Shown in pieces: positions 39,133 to 54,254 of a DNA stretch of 64,000 nucleotides. This stretch comes from Eledone cirrhosa (taxonomy: Eukaryota): the NCBI GenBank assembly GCA_964016885.1, contig OZ024746.1:32426001-32490000 (forward strand), given 5' to 3'. Each line of letters opens with the position of its first letter. The first letter of the stretch is position 1. The notes under the pieces are model-generated. The model was not told the DNA's origin, did no database searches, and saw only the letters and a program-made list of their open reading frames with translations. The position numbers and the translations under genes are program-made.

Positions 39133-40391
39133 TGAAGGTGCATGACTTACCGGTTAGGGAATTACACACACATTCACACACATATATGCACACACATATA
39201 TACACACACACACACAAACACACACACACAAACACACACATACCTGCTGGCTCAAATATGATAACAGGGTTGAATTATTTTTATTTACACACTGATCAAC
39301 ATTAAATAATTAAGATTATATACGTTTATATTTATATCATGATAAAATTCACACAGCCCACTGTGTAAAGTGGTAGTGCTGGTACCACGGTAAAATGCAC
39401 CCACTCCACTATGTAAGATGGTAGTGCTAATGCCCCATAAAAGCACACAATCCACCGTGTAAAGTGGTAAAGCTAGTGTCATGAAGAAAGCGCCAAGTCT
39501 ACTCTGTAGGGCGGTAATAAGAAAGACACAATAAAATGCTCACAGTACATGCCGTAAAATGGTTGGCATTATTCTATGGTTTAACATTATTCTATGTACT
39601 ATACATGCACCTTTGATTATGGTCTGAGTTCAAATCCCGCCGAGGTTAACTTTGCCTTTCATCCTTACGGGGTCGATAAAATAAAGCACCAGTAATACAC
39701 TGGGATAATTGCTGTCCTTGTGCCAAATGTAGAAACAATTATTCTATGTACTATACATGCACTTTTGATGAATTGTATTGCACCCGAGCACTGTACACAA
39801 TAATTTCATTATTATTATAAGAAGGTCATCCAGCTGTAGAAACTAGGCCAAAAATGGAGCATACAAGCAAGACATGGTCACCTGATCTGTCGAGCCTCTG
39901 TATATGATAACATGCCTATCCCATGCAAGCATGGTAGATTGATTTTAAACATGATGATGATGATGATGATGATTTATACATGTGTGCGTCTGTATAATGT
40001 GGTTGGTGATAGGAAGGACATCCAGTGTGTATGTGTGGGTATATATCTGCTAATATATTGAGTGATAATGACCATGGGATTTGCACTTAGAGGCACAAGT
40101 CTGGGCAAGATTGTTTGTGGAAGACCAGCTGTCACCCATGCATATCGGTATTCCCTTTCCACGCCACCAATGTTGTCCAAAGGAAAAGCAAAGGCCGATA
40201 CAGTTTGGCACTCAATATATTAACAGATATATACCCTCACATTGATACATTTGTTATTATAAATAAACCTTCTTAAAAATTCCAATTGCATTTTTCAGTT
40301 CTTTTTTCCTACACTGTTACCCATGTGGGATATATTAGAAAAAACTTACTTTTAAATATATATTTAAAACAGACATAAAACAATGAGGATG

Positions 40392-40472
<81 letters not shown>

Positions 40473-40559
40473 AAGGTATATATTGAGTTAGAAACTCAAA
40501 ATAGTCTCTTACAATAAAATAGCTCTAGAAAAGAGATTTTTCCAAGCCGTATATTATAA

Positions 40560-40917
<358 letters not shown>

Positions 40918-41064
40918 ATTAGAAAAATAAATAGATAGATTATATTAAAAATAAGAATGTGCTCCACTTTAATTATTTGTTATTAAAGACTTTTCAGTTT
41001 TACTTATTAATATATATATATATTTCGTTTCTGAATTATTGGCAACATGACCCTCCCAAAGTAT

Positions 41065-41107
<43 letters not shown>

Positions 41108-41435
41108 TACACATGCATGTGTGTATATATATATATATACATGTGTGTGTATCTGTTATGGGTTAGTTGTTGTTTTGTCTTTTACTCCATGGACAGCACT
41201 TTGTCTTGTTTGTCAAATACTGTGACCCCAGGAGGACCATCAATCAGTGACGTTGGTGGGGGTCAAAACTGCCAAAGTCCATCTCAACGGCTGAAGATCT
41301 TGGATTTCCGTGTCTTTTATTTGTCTTTTCATTTAAAAAAAAATTTTTTTAAGATTTCCCCTTTAAAAAAAATTATTTTTATTCTGCCTTGTTTTTGCCC
41401 CCTTTTTTTTTTTTTTTTTTCTTTGTCAATTATAC

Positions 41436-41486
<51 letters not shown>

Positions 41487-41626
41487 GACCAGCGTCTGAA
41501 AGATTAAAACCCTCTTCCTGCTATTTCAAGCATTAAACTAATATATTCCTTCATGTACTGTGCCGTTTGTTTTGTTATTTCTGTTTACCTTTTACACACA
41601 CACACACATATATACATACATAGAGA

Positions 41627-41672
<46 letters not shown>

Positions 41673-41939
41673 CAATTTTCAAACTAAATACAATTCTATG
41701 AAACTTGTAATTCATAATAAAATAAAGAGAAAAGAAGACAGAAAAAATTAGGGAAAAAAATTAAGAAGTTATGTAATCATCATCATCATCATCATCATCA
41801 TCTTCATCATCATTCATTTAATGAAGAAAGTAAAGTAATTTAAGAAAAGTGAAATAACTTACTCGGTTGCCTACAGGTAATGTATACATTGTCAGATGTG
41901 GTGTGGTGGATGAGGAGCAGAGTATTGTGTGTAACAGAG

Positions 41940-43290
41940 ATAAAGTAAGACAGAGAGTTGTTATATAGGAAGAGAGAGAAAGAGTGTTTAGAGAGAGAGA
42001 GTGTGTGTGAGAGTGTGTGTGTGAGTGTGTGAGTGTGTTGAGAGAGAGGGTGAAGACAGGAAGAGAGAGAGAGTGTGTTTAGAGAGAGAGAGGGTATGTT
42101 GTGAGAGAGAGTGTGTGTGAGAGTGTGTGTGTGAGTGTGTGTGAGTGTGTTGAGAGAGAGGGTGAAGACAGGAAGAGAGAGAGAGAGAGAGAGAGAGTTG
42201 TACAAGATGGGGAGAGAGAAGAGAGAGGGTGAGTGTGTGTTGAGAGAGAGAGAGAGAGTGAAGACAGGAAGAGAGAGAGAGAGAGAGTTGTAAGAGATGA
42301 GGAGAGATAAGAAGAGAGAGAGAGAGAGAGAGAGTTGTAAGAGATGAGGAGAGATAAGAAGAGAGAGAGAGAGAGATAATGTGTCTGAGTGTGTGGTGAG
42401 TGTGTGGTATAAGAGAGAGGGTGAAGACAGGAAGAGAGAGAGAGAGAGAGAGAGTTTCTGTGTATATTGAGAGAGGGAGAGATAGGAGGTGAGAAAGAGT
42501 GTGAGAGAGGGAGAAAGATAGGAAGAAATAAGTGTGTGTGAGTATTGTGAGAGAGGGAGAGACAGGAAGAAAGATAGGGAGCTGTGAGAGAGAATGAGGG
42601 ATAGTAAAAAGAATGATAATTATGAGAGAGGAAGAGAGATAGGAAGAGAGCTGCAGTTGTTAAAGGGAGATGGGATATAGGAAGAAAGAGAAGAGAGAGA
42701 AGAAAAGATAGAGAGAGATAGGAAGAGAGAGAAGAAAAGATAGAGAGAGATAGAGAGATTGCTGTGATTAGTTTTGTGGTTGTCAGTAAAAGACTGACTT
42801 TGTAGGAAATAGGAAAAATATAATGGTAGACATTCCAACAGAGGGAATTGTTGGTGTTTACTGGTTGGTCGGGTGAGAGGGAATAAACTTTCATCTTTGG
42901 TTGGTCTAGGAGAGGCTGGCTGGTTGGCTGGTTTGGTGGCTGGTTGATTAGTTTGGTGGCTGGTTGGTTGGTTGGTTTGGTGGCTGGTTAGTTAGTTTGG
43001 TGGCTGGTTGATTAGTTTGGTGGCTGGTTGGTTGGTTTGGTGGCTGGTTGATTAGTTTGGTGGCTGGTTGGTTGGTTTGGTGGTTGGTTGCTTAGTTGGT
43101 TTGGTGGCTGGCTGACTGATTGGTCGGTTGGCTGGTTTGGTGGCTGGTTGGTATGTTGGTTGGTTTGCTGACTGGCTGATTTGGTGGTTGGTTGAATGGC
43201 TGGCTAGTTTGGTGGTTGGTCTAGGAGAGGCTGGTTGACTGACTTGACTAGTTGGTTGGTTGGCTGGTTTGTTGGTTGGTTGGTTTAGGA
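41940..43290. repeat. GA-rich minisatellite followed by a (GGTT/GGCT)n tract
   Basis: Recurring GTGAAGACAGGAAGAGAG units at 41940-42760; GGTT-type repeats at 42895-43290. Confidence 0.85.
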
Positions 43291-44659
43291 GGGTGGTGGG
43301 TATTTAAGGTGATTACTACATGTTTAAAGGGTGGGCTGAAGTGGCTGTGGAGCTAGAGCTGGGGCTAGAGATAAACTATCTCACATATGTTCTGATTTTA
43401 ACATTGTTTCTACAGCTGGATGCCCTTCCTATCACCAATCACTTTGCAGCATACACTGGGTGTATTTTATCATAGCACCAGCACTGGAAAGGACTTTGTG
43501 TCCTTGATACAACTGAATAGTCCTCTTGACACCTTGTTTGACAGGATTTCTATGAATGGATGCCTTTCCTACCACTAACTACCCTACAGAACATCAGCAC
43601 TAAGGAATTTTTTGTGTCTTTCACACAACTGAAGAACCCTCCCTATCTTTTGTTTGGTATGATTTCTATGATTGGATTCTTTTCCTACCACCAACCACCC
43701 TACAGAGTGTATTGGGTGTATTTTATGGCACCAACACTAAGGAGGTTGTTGTGTCCTTAACATAACTGAAGACCCCCCCCCCCACTATTTTTTATTTGGC
43801 ATGATGTTTATGATTGGATGCCTTGCAGAGTGTACTGGGTGTAATTTATCATGGCACCAACACTGAGGAGATGGCTGTTTTCTTGACACTATGAATATAA
43901 ATATATATTTTATTATCATATAATCCTGAGAGGAAAGTCAATGTTGGTGTCCCGATTCAGATCATTGGAGATTGGAGATTGTTGGGAGGAAAAGAGGAAG
44001 TTGTTCTTAGACAGGAAGCTTGGTTATTATTGTTTGGATTTAACCAGATGTGAATAATCAGCTGTAAAATTCAGATAGACTTGCAAATGTCAGACCACAA
44101 AAATGATGTAAAAACAATCATTTGTTGCTAGCAACCAACTTTTTAATGATTTACTAAAAATACTTTCATGTTTGTCCTTATCTGTAAGTTTTCTTCTGCT
44201 TTAAGTCATTATAAAAAAAAATTCTTTCATTTTCTCTTCGATAATTTTCTTTCTGTTATGGAACTGTTATTTTCTGAGTTAAATCTTATTTGAAACAAAA
44301 ATAAAATTTAAAGGGATGAGACAAAAACAAATCAGAAACAACAAAGTATACTTAGTTTCTATATATTTTGTTGTTGTTGAATCGCCATTATTTCCAATGA
44401 CAAGTGCTCCAGTTGATTCAATCAACAGAACTGCTTGCATAACCACTGACACAAAACCCATTACTTCATTGATCAAACAGATCTGAATGTTTATACATAG
44501 ATAATTGAAGGGCAGTGGACGTTTGCTTAAAAAAAAAACTGCAACAACAGTGCAGATGAGTAATATTTTAATGTTTTATACCTGTGTGGATACATACGGA
44601 GAGAATAAAATACTTGAAAGACTTCACTATGGAAAATGCAAAGTTTCTAAATGATAAGT

Positions 44660-45070
44660 AAATTGACCTGGAGAAGGCCTTTGATAGGGAACCATGCTTT
44701 GTATATGGTTGTTGGCAAGAGGTAAGTGAATGGCTTGTAAGGGCTTCGCAAACCCCGTATAGAGGTATAGTAAGTAATTTGAGGTAAAGTAACTAGAGGT
44801 ATGTGAATGGTTTGTAAGGGCTTCACAAACCCTGTATAGAGGTATAGTAAGTAATATGAGGTAAGGTAACAAGAGGTATATGGATGGTTTGTAAGGGCCA
44901 TGCAAACCCTATATAGAGGTATAGTAAGTAATGAAGGGTATGGAAACTAGAGGTATGTGGATGGTTTGTTAGGACCATGCAAACCCTGTATAGAGGTATA
45001 GTAAGTAATATGAGAATTAACATTGTGTTCAATAAGAAACTTATGATACCCAGTCAGTCCCCTCCTGTTT
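44660..45070 (+). mobile_element. RTE RT fragment with four tandem 77-bp units
   Basis: DLEKAFDR at ~44665; units start at 44720, 44797, 44874 and 44951. Confidence 0.8.
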
Positions 45071-45451
45071 ATCATATATAGTCCTACAAGCTATAACAAA
45101 AAAACTTAAGGCCTACTGCCCTTGCAAACGCTAACATGCTGATTCCCAAATTTTTGTAACTGACACTGTAATAGAATTAGGGACTCAACTCCTGCGTTCC
45201 TCGGGGCTGGGGGGATCAACACAGGGGTCATAGCAACATTTGAACATATAATAATTTAGTTTTAAACTTTGTATGGAAAAGTTGTAAACAGGATATATTT
45301 CAATGTGGTTTTCTTTTACATTTCATTGTCTTTTCTATTGATTAACAAAATAATAAAATTTTGTGATGAAATAGATAGGCGAGCTACATCAAATAGTTTT
45401 ATACCCTTCATGGGAGTGCAGCAGTAATTCAGTGGCTTGCATGCAAAGGTT

Positions 45452-45507
<56 letters not shown>

Positions 45508-45555
45508 TGGTTTATCATTAAACTGTCCACTACTACTGAGTCATCTTTAGCATCA

Positions 45556-45602
<47 letters not shown>

Positions 45603-47190
45603 TCACCACCACCACCACTACTACTACTATTACAACTACTACTGCTTCTACTACTATCACCACCACCACCATACTACTACTACTACTACTACTACTACTA
45701 TCACCACCACCACCACTACTACTACTATTACAACTACTACTGCTTTTACTACTATCACCACCACCACCATACTACTACTACTACTACGATCACCACCATC
45801 ACTACTACTATTACTACTACAACTTCTACTACTATTACTACTACCACTACTACCACAATCACTACTACTACTACCACCACAATCACTACTACTACTACTA
45901 CCACCACAATCACTACTACTACTACTACCACCACAATCACTACTACTACTACTACTACCACCACTACCACCACTACTACTACCACCACAACTACTACTAC
46001 CACCACCATCACTGCTGCTACTCCTACTACTACTACCACCACCACCACCACCACCACCACACTACTACTACACATTTACTATTTGTTTGTGTTGTTTTCT
46101 CTGTTTTAATGTGTTTGAATCTTCTCTGGAGAACATCAATAATAGATGGATGATATTTACATAGGACAGAAGAGAAACAACAACAACAATAACAACAAAC
46201 ACATCAGAAACAAAATCTAAAAAAAAACAACTAGACACCATTGTGATTTAGCTGACTGTTTCTATCTGTTGTCCGACTCTCTAATTATATTGAAGCCGAG
46301 ATATTATTTAACAGATTCTAGTTTTGCTTTATTGATAGATACACATGTTTCACAGTAATGAGGGGGAACTTTGTATTTCAGGGAGGTTATTACAGGGGTG
46401 GATTAGTAGAATTGGTAGAGGGTTGGAGAAAATAATACATTTGACATGGGTTGGATAGGTTAGTATGGTCTTAACCAGTATTTTATTGCTGTTAAAGTCC
46501 TTCTAAGACAGGTCAGGGGACCAGAAGTTACTCAATATGTTCCATTTTTGGCATGTTCTCTAGAGCTGGATGTTCTTTCTAATGCCAACCACTTTACAGA
46601 GTGTACTGGGTGCAATGTTGTAGAAGTATGAATCAACTTGTGTATGTATGTATGTGTATGTATGTGTGTATATATGTGTGTGCGCACCTGTGATATGCAC
46701 ACATGGGATTGTATGCATATATGCATTCAACTAAATTCAAATGAAAATGTTTGGAATGTCTTACAAATCTTCATTGTATTGCTAATTGGTTAGATTTGGA
46801 GGATGTGACTTGGTTTAGTTTGTTCTTTCATGGGAGACCACAACATTCCCAGGCTTTTATTTAAGTCTGTACTAACATAATCCAGTGTATATATGCTAAT
46901 AATTGTTTCTACTTTCGGCACAAGGCCAGCAATTACCCAGTTCATTACTGGTACTTTATTTTATCGACCCGGTAAGGATGAAAGGCAAAGTTAAACTCAA
47001 CGGGATGCTAATAATAAATACCAATCAACATCTATGACCAACATATAAGAACTGCTGCAAGTTCCTCATTAGTTCATCATAAACACATATGTTTCTATAT
47101 ATCTATTTATGTTTATTAGACCTAGATAGGTAGCATTTATATATCATCATCGTCGTTTTACGTCCATTTTTCCATGGTTATATATATATA

Positions 47191-47666
47191 TATATATATG
47201 AATGTATATATAATGTATTTTGCAATATACTTTATGCTTAATTAAAAGCATTTTGAAGACCGTATGCTATTGTTTTAGAGTAGTGACAAACTCACTTACT
47301 TTAATCTCAGAAAACAAGGGGAGATAAGCCGACAAGGCCTTGTTTCGCATTTTTTGATGCTTATCAAGGCTAACTACTCCCTCCTGTCTACTGAGATCAC
47401 TGATGTTATATTCTTATAGAATTCTAGTAAATAATCAGGAACTGATTATACAGAGCGGTTGCCGGTCAGGCAGAAATTAAAAATTAGAATTGGAGCTCTG
47501 AAATAGCAATATTTGGTTGCTGAGATTAAAGTAAGTGAGTTTGTCACTACTCTAAAACAATAGCATACGGTCTTTAAAATGCTTTTAATTAAGCATAAAG
47601 TGTATTGCAAAATACATTATATATACATTCATATATATATTGCTATTTCAGAGCTCCAATTCTAAT
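47191..47666 (-). mobile_element. Hammerhead-bearing fold-back element (family E)
   Basis: ~120-bp arms at 47191-47310 and 47520-47640 with about two mismatches; second inversion 47483-47508/47641-47666; TA flanks. Confidence 0.85.
47327..47371 (-). ncRNA. Type I hammerhead, U3-A8 core variant (family E)
   Basis: Minus strand AGCC-TTGATAA-GCA(TCAAAAAA)TGC-GAAA-CAAGGCCTTG-TC^GGCT; palindromic stem III. Confidence 0.85.
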
Positions 47667-47794
47667 ATATATATATGTATATATATATACACACATACAT
47701 ACATTCACACACATGTGTGTGTGTGTGTATATGTATATATATATATTTATATATATATATACATTTTAATAAATATATATATATATTTTAATAA

Positions 47795-47914
<120 letters not shown>

Positions 47915-47929
47915 ATATATATATATAGT

Positions 47930-48312
47930 GTAGGTGATTCAGTAAATTACTGGTGGTGGTACCAGTATGAGCACTCAATACACAGACACAGTGTATATAA
48001 GAAAAGACAATGATGTTTCATTTAGATGTATTTATGCTTTTATTAAATATCAACCTTTTATACGTGTGTTTCGCAGATGACTGGCTCAAGATCACCTATG
48101 GAAGCAATGAATCAGACTTCAGCATTGATCTCCTCATCAGACGGATGACCCAATTGTTTTGTTGTTGTTGAATAACCAGTCTGATGAACAGATTGATGCT
48201 GGAGTCAGGTCCATAGCTTCCATAGGTGATCTTGAGTCGGTCATCTGTAAAATGTGCGTTCCAGCTCGACACTCAATTAAAACATAAATACAAGTAAATA
48301 AAACTTCATAGT
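47930..48312. mobile_element. Old family C-related element with two divergently oriented decayed hammerheads
   Basis: Minus core at 48061-48144 and plus core at 48176-48262. Shares GAGTCAGGTC, CTTGAG and GTGCGT with the 9060 element. Confidence 0.7.
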
Positions 48313-48515
48313 TTATATATATATATATATATAGATAGATATCATCACCGTTTAACATCAATTTTTCCATGCTTGCCTGGGTCAGACAGGTCACCCACGT
48401 CATAAGACAAGTCTGGACAGCTGGCTGCGCTGTATCTTGCTCAAACGGAAATGTATTTTGGGTGGCATTTTTATAGCAGGATGCCCTTCCAACACCAACC
48501 ACATTTACAGTATGG

Positions 48516-48558
<43 letters not shown>

Positions 48559-48759
48559 CATATATATATATATTTATATATATATATATATGTATATATA
48601 TTTATATATGTATATATATTTATATATATATATATTTATATATATATATATTTATATATTTATACATATATATATATGTATATATATATTTATATATTTA
48701 TACATCTACATATATATATAAATATATATATATATATATTTATATATTTATACATCTAC

Positions 48760-48792
<33 letters not shown>

Positions 48793-48860
48793 CACACACA
48801 TATATATAAAGAAAGAGAGAGAGAGAGAGAAAGAGAAAAAGAGAGGTGGCTATATAGATA

Positions 48861-51800
48861 AGTTTCTTTTATTTGCCACTAGGGCATCAAAAGTGGGACA
48901 AGTACAAAGGGGGGAGTTTACACAAAAAGGCGTCCTCAATAAGGAGGAGGCAATAACAAAATATAAAAATAAAATAAGATATAACAAAAAATAAAATTTT
49001 TAACAAAATCCTCAATAGAGAGGAGGCGCCTTGGGGGGTCGCACACACCCCCGAAAAAAGTGTGCAACCCTTTTCCTCAGGAGCACAGAGAGGGGGTGCT
49101 CCCTCGTTCCTTCCTCTTTTCCACCTACAGGCTTATGTAAAGAGAAGGCCCATTCACACGGGCCATTCTCGCCACTTTCACCCACCTTTCATAAAAACGA
49201 CTGGGGTGCAGCACCTCTCTCTCCATCCTGATCCTTCTTCCGAAATGATATCGGAAGAAACGGACCAGTTGTTGGCCAGAGAGAAAGGTGCCTGACCTCA
49301 GTCCTTTCAGACGCGTCCACCATACAACCTCTTTCGCCATGGCTATTACGCACAGAAACACCGCCTCTGCTTCATCTTTGAAGGGGGGAGGCGGCTTGAT
49401 CATTACAATAGACTCGGTGGTCAACCGGATCGGTCCCACCCTTGACAGCAGTTGTTCGACATAGCCCCACAGATCGGCTACGCCCGAGCAGTGTACCAAT
49501 GCGTGTGCAACGGTTTCCTCGTCGCACACGCATCTGGGACAGATCTTTTTGGCGGGGTCCCTACCCGGGCGCCCGTGTCTGTAGAGCCTTTCTCGAACGG
49601 GTAAAGCCCCTCGGTAGCACTGCCAGGCCAGGGACTTCTGGAAGTTGTCCATAGGTCCCGGGCTGAATGTCCTACCGAACAGGCTGGCCAGTTCGTCCTC
49701 CTCCATGTCTAGGGCTTCTCCAAGGGTGTCGTCGCACCTGCTGCGTACCAGCCCTCTATAGAATGTTGCGGTGGAGTCTCCACTGATAACCGGATCCGCC
49801 TGCCAGAGGGCGGTGAGCCCCTGGGCACACCCAGTGTGCCAGGCGCCCAGTTTTCTCGGTCTTTGCTTGACCCAGGATTGCAGCTCGGTGAGTGAGACGA
49901 GTCTGGGAAAGGTTCGTCTCACAAACGAGGCCCACACCGGTTGTCCGGTGAGGAATACGTAGAGGTGCCGTAGCCTTAATGCGTGTTTACGCATCATTAG
50001 CCACGGCATCCCCAGCCCTCCTTTCGAAGGGTGTTGACAGCAGATGGATCTCCTCACCATAGGAGCCCGCCCCTTCCAAAGGAATTGGAAGAGCGCGCGC
50101 TCCATCTTGGTGAGGGTTTCCCTTGGGCAGGGCACTACGGTCAGGCGGTAGTAGATGACGGACGCTATATAAGTGTTCGCCACCTCCGCCCGACCTTTCA
50201 GGGATAGTTTGCAACTGGCCCACTTCTGGGTCAGTGCAAACACCCTGTTCGTAACCTCCGCCCAGTTTTTCTCCACCTGGAGGTCCGGTCCGAACCAGAC
50301 CCCGAGCAACTTCACCGGGCCCTCCGTCCAGCGTCCGACGACGCCATCGGAGGGCATCGGTCTGCCCCTCCACGTGCCGAGTTGCAAACCGATCGACTTG
50401 TCCCGGTTCAGCTTAGCCCCTGTGAACTTTTCGTACTCCTCCAGTAAGGTGCCGACCGCCTCGATTTCGGAGGCCGTCGACACCATTACTGTCACATCAT
50501 CGGCGTAGGCTGACACCGCTTTCCGCAATCCCGGTTCCAAAGGGATGCCCTGCAACAACTCCAACTTCCGCAGTAGTGGCTCGAGAGTCAACACATACAG
50601 AAGGGAGGAGAGAGGGCACCCTTGTCGGATGGACCGCGCGATTTTGAACGGCTCCGAGAGGTAGCCGTTCACCTTGACCCTAGAGCAGATGCGGCTGCTG
50701 TGCATAGCAGTGATCCAGCCCCTGAAAACGGGTCCGAAGCCTGCCGCCGCTAGCACCGCATCCAGGTAACCATGGTCGACCCTATCGAACGCCTTAGATT
50801 GATCCAAGTTGATCAGAGCCCCACCAAAGCCGGGTTCGTTCCCAACCCTCTCTATGATGTATTGCATGAGGTGGAGGTTGTCATGGATGGACCTGGACGG
50901 GATAGCGCATGTCTGCGCATCTCCCACCAGGTTGCCCACGACAAGCGCCAACCTCTTTGCTAGCACCTTGGCCAAAATCTGTAACTCTGTATTTAGCAGA
51001 GTTATGGGCCTGAAGTTACTTATTTCGTCCCCCTTGTTCTCGTCCTTCCTCACTAGCATGACTACGCCCTTGGTCACAGTACAGGGAATTCTCCCGTTCT
51101 GTTGCCAGTTGCAGTAGACCGCCTCGAGGAGATCGGGGAACAAGTCCGGCATAGCTAGATATAATTCGTAAGGAAGACCATCGAGACCCGGGGATTTGCG
51201 TTTGCCGCATTGGCCCAGCACGTCCTCTATCTCAGCGGCCGAAACCGGCTCCTCGCAAGACTTCGCCTCCCTGTCCGAGAGGCGCGGCAGGCCGTCGAGG
51301 TATGGACCGAAGTCCACGTTTCCAACCGGCTCCCCGCCCCTCCCGAACAGTCGGGCAAAGTGCCTTTGAAAGGCCTCACACATCTGCTTAGGCTCAAGAA
51401 TCGCCCGTCCATCCAGGTCTCGCAAAGACCGGATGGTGGATTTAGTTCCACTGTTGGCCTCTGTCACGCGGGCCCAGCTAACAGCTTTGGCCCCCTCGTT
51501 CCCTAGAGCACGTATTTTACTTCGGACAACGCAGCCTTCGTGCTTCGCGTCGAAAAACTGGCTCAAAGCCGTTCTCGACGCTAGCACTCTGGCCACGTCG
51601 CCGCTTCTAATTGCCTCTTCTACTCTATCTATTAGCTCCCTTTCCTTCCTATTCCTATCCGCAGCTAGAACCTTACTAAATTCAATCGAGACTACTCTAA
51701 TCTCTCTCTTTAGAGATACCCACCACCTGCTGTTGACGATCGCTCCAGTCAACCGTTCCTTAACTAACGTACTAATCCGATTCCTGTAGGCTCTACTTGC

Positions 51801-52360
51801 CGGCAAGGACAAGTTGAGCTTCCAGTAACCGGGGCCCTGTCTATGCGTTCTATCAAGGTTGACCATGCAGGTCACCAACTTGTGGTCTGAATAGCCAACC
51901 ATGAGCATTTCTGGACAACTTAAAAAGTCCCTGTCCTTATTTCTAACTAAAAATCTATCTAGGTACGATCTAGATGATCCGCTGCGATTTGACCAAGACC
52001 AGGTTGGCACCGTCGGAAAATCTAGTCGAAATCTATCGGCCAGGTCAAATCGGCCGAGTAACCCCTTGAGGCTGTTGCACCCCTCTCTATCGGGACATGC
52101 CCCTGCATAGTCCCAACGTGCATCCAGGATACCATTCCAATCCCCCACTAAAAGCAGGGAACGGGACGTCCCTAGAAAAGACTCCAGACGCTGGAAAAAG
52201 TCGGGCCGCTCTGTCCCAAAAGGGGCATATGCGGCTATCAGCCTAAGGGCTCTACCTTCACCACTGCCAAGGTCCAGCACCACCAGTCGACCCCCTGGGT
52301 CCAAGTGAACTATCTGTGTTGCAAGGCCCATATGTTTTTGCAGCAGAACGACAACCCCAC
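48861..52360 (-). mobile_element. Young 5'-truncated Tx1/L1-clade LINE
   Basis: 16-bp TSD GGTGGCTATATAGATA at 48845-48860 and 52361-52376; AATAAA near the 3' end. Confidence 0.95.
49125..52360 (-). CDS. Tx1/L1 ORF2 (partial APE endonuclease, RT, CCHC zinc finger); open frame, N-terminus truncated
   Basis: GDWN, SYLDRF, SDH, GYWKLN, SPGLDGL, DQSKAFD, QGCPLS, YADD, CPRC..E...H....C. The first ~35 aa of the listed ORF come from the flank. Confidence 0.93.
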
Positions 52361-52942
52361 GGTGGCTATATAGATAGATAGATAATATGTCATATATATG
52401 CTGAAATGCATGAAAATATGAGCGTAGCATATTTGAATGTATATGTTTAATTGAGAGTGTAGACATGTGTGTATATATATGTTGCTACATTCCTAGTTGA
52501 CTTGACTAAATCTATTATTCATATGATTTGCTGCTTATTCAAGCATGAAGGCTTTTGTGTCAAAAATAATCTATTCAGTATTACAGCCAATATGGTCTAA
52601 AATGGCTTTGTTTCATGGTTAATGGAATTATTCCAACCATTCTACCCTCATCATACCTCACTCTTTTATTGTATTCTCTTATAGTTTTAACAAATGCACA
52701 GCAGAAGGTGGCAAAAGAACAAAATAAATTTATTAATGAATTTTTTTTTCATTGAGATTTCCAAACGAAAATAATTAATGATTGGACATCCACAAATAAC
52801 CATTCTCTTAATTACTCCAGTTATATATTAGTGAGCAATTTTGCACTGAAGAATTTTCTTTTCATATGTGTTGTGTGTGTGTGTGTGCACACACACACAT
52901 ATATATACATACACACATATATATATACACACACACACATAA

Positions 52943-52975
<33 letters not shown>

Positions 52976-53227
52976 TATATATACACACACACACATATAT
53001 ATATATACATACAAACATATATATATATACATATGTATATATATATATAACATATATACAAACATATATATATATACAACTACATATATACATACATACA
53101 TATATATATATATAATATATACACAAATATATATATACATACATACACATGTATATATATATAATATATATACAAACATATATATATATATGCAAATATA
53201 TATATATACATACACATGTATATACAT

Positions 53228-53280
<53 letters not shown>

Positions 53281-54125
53281 CTGGTATCTGTCTGTCTATG
53301 GTAGGGCCAATAACATTATTAGAACTCCATGTAGTCTAAAAGTAATGTCACGACTAATAATATGGAGTTACATTACTACTATCGATTAATCACTATATTG
53401 ATTTGTTTCATCATGATCAATTAACCTTCTGAAACGATCGTAAAACAATGAACTGATTAAGCATTAAACTTCATCTTTTGTATTCATTGTTCAACACATA
53501 TACACACACACACATATATATAATTCCAATGAAGAAATATGTTAGCTTAGTGTCTGACATAGTAGGAAAAGAGTCTTTACGTGTTGGACACTAGTCCTTT
53601 ATCAGAAAATAGGATTGGGGAATAAAAGATGAAATAGAAAGATAGACTATGAGAAGAGGAAGGAACGGAATATACATATCATCATCATCATCATCATCAT
53701 CACCGTTTTACGTCCGTTCTTCCACGCTAGCATGGGTTAGACGGGTTGTCCTGTTGTGGGCAGTGTCTGGTCGGCTGACCATGCCTTGCTCATACAGGAA
53801 CTGATCTGGCTTGATTTCTACAGCTGGATGCCCTTCTTAACACCAACCTCATTTACAGTGAGTGCTGGGTGCTTTTTCGTGGCGCCTACACGTCCACTTT
53901 ACAGTGTGGGCTGGGAGCTTTTTTGCATATATATATATATATATATAAACAAAAAACACATTTTTTTTCATTCTCTGTTTTTTCCTAACAATTATGCAAT
54001 TATACACCTGATGATGTCATTGGGTTCATATGTCACCTGGTCACTGAAATCTCCATAGTGTTTTAGGTAATAAAAATTTAAAGGAATACAAGCTGTCTGG
54101 CATCCTGTCATTTTACCCTATAATG

Positions 54126-54170
<45 letters not shown>

Positions 54171-54254
54171 CATTAGAGGCAAGTTGACCATGTCTTGCTC
54201 ATATAGAACTGCTTCTGGCTAGGTTTCTATAGCCAGATGCCCTTCCTAACGGCA

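Noticed and set aside
52361-52466. N-terminus and start codon of the 1113-aa ORF
   Set aside because: Lies outside the TSD boundary; it is flanking DNA that happens to be in frame.
53400-53448. GAAAC-GATC-GTA with TTGTTT/AAACAA stem I
   Set aside because: The 5' core reads CATCATGA and stem II does not form; too degenerate to call.
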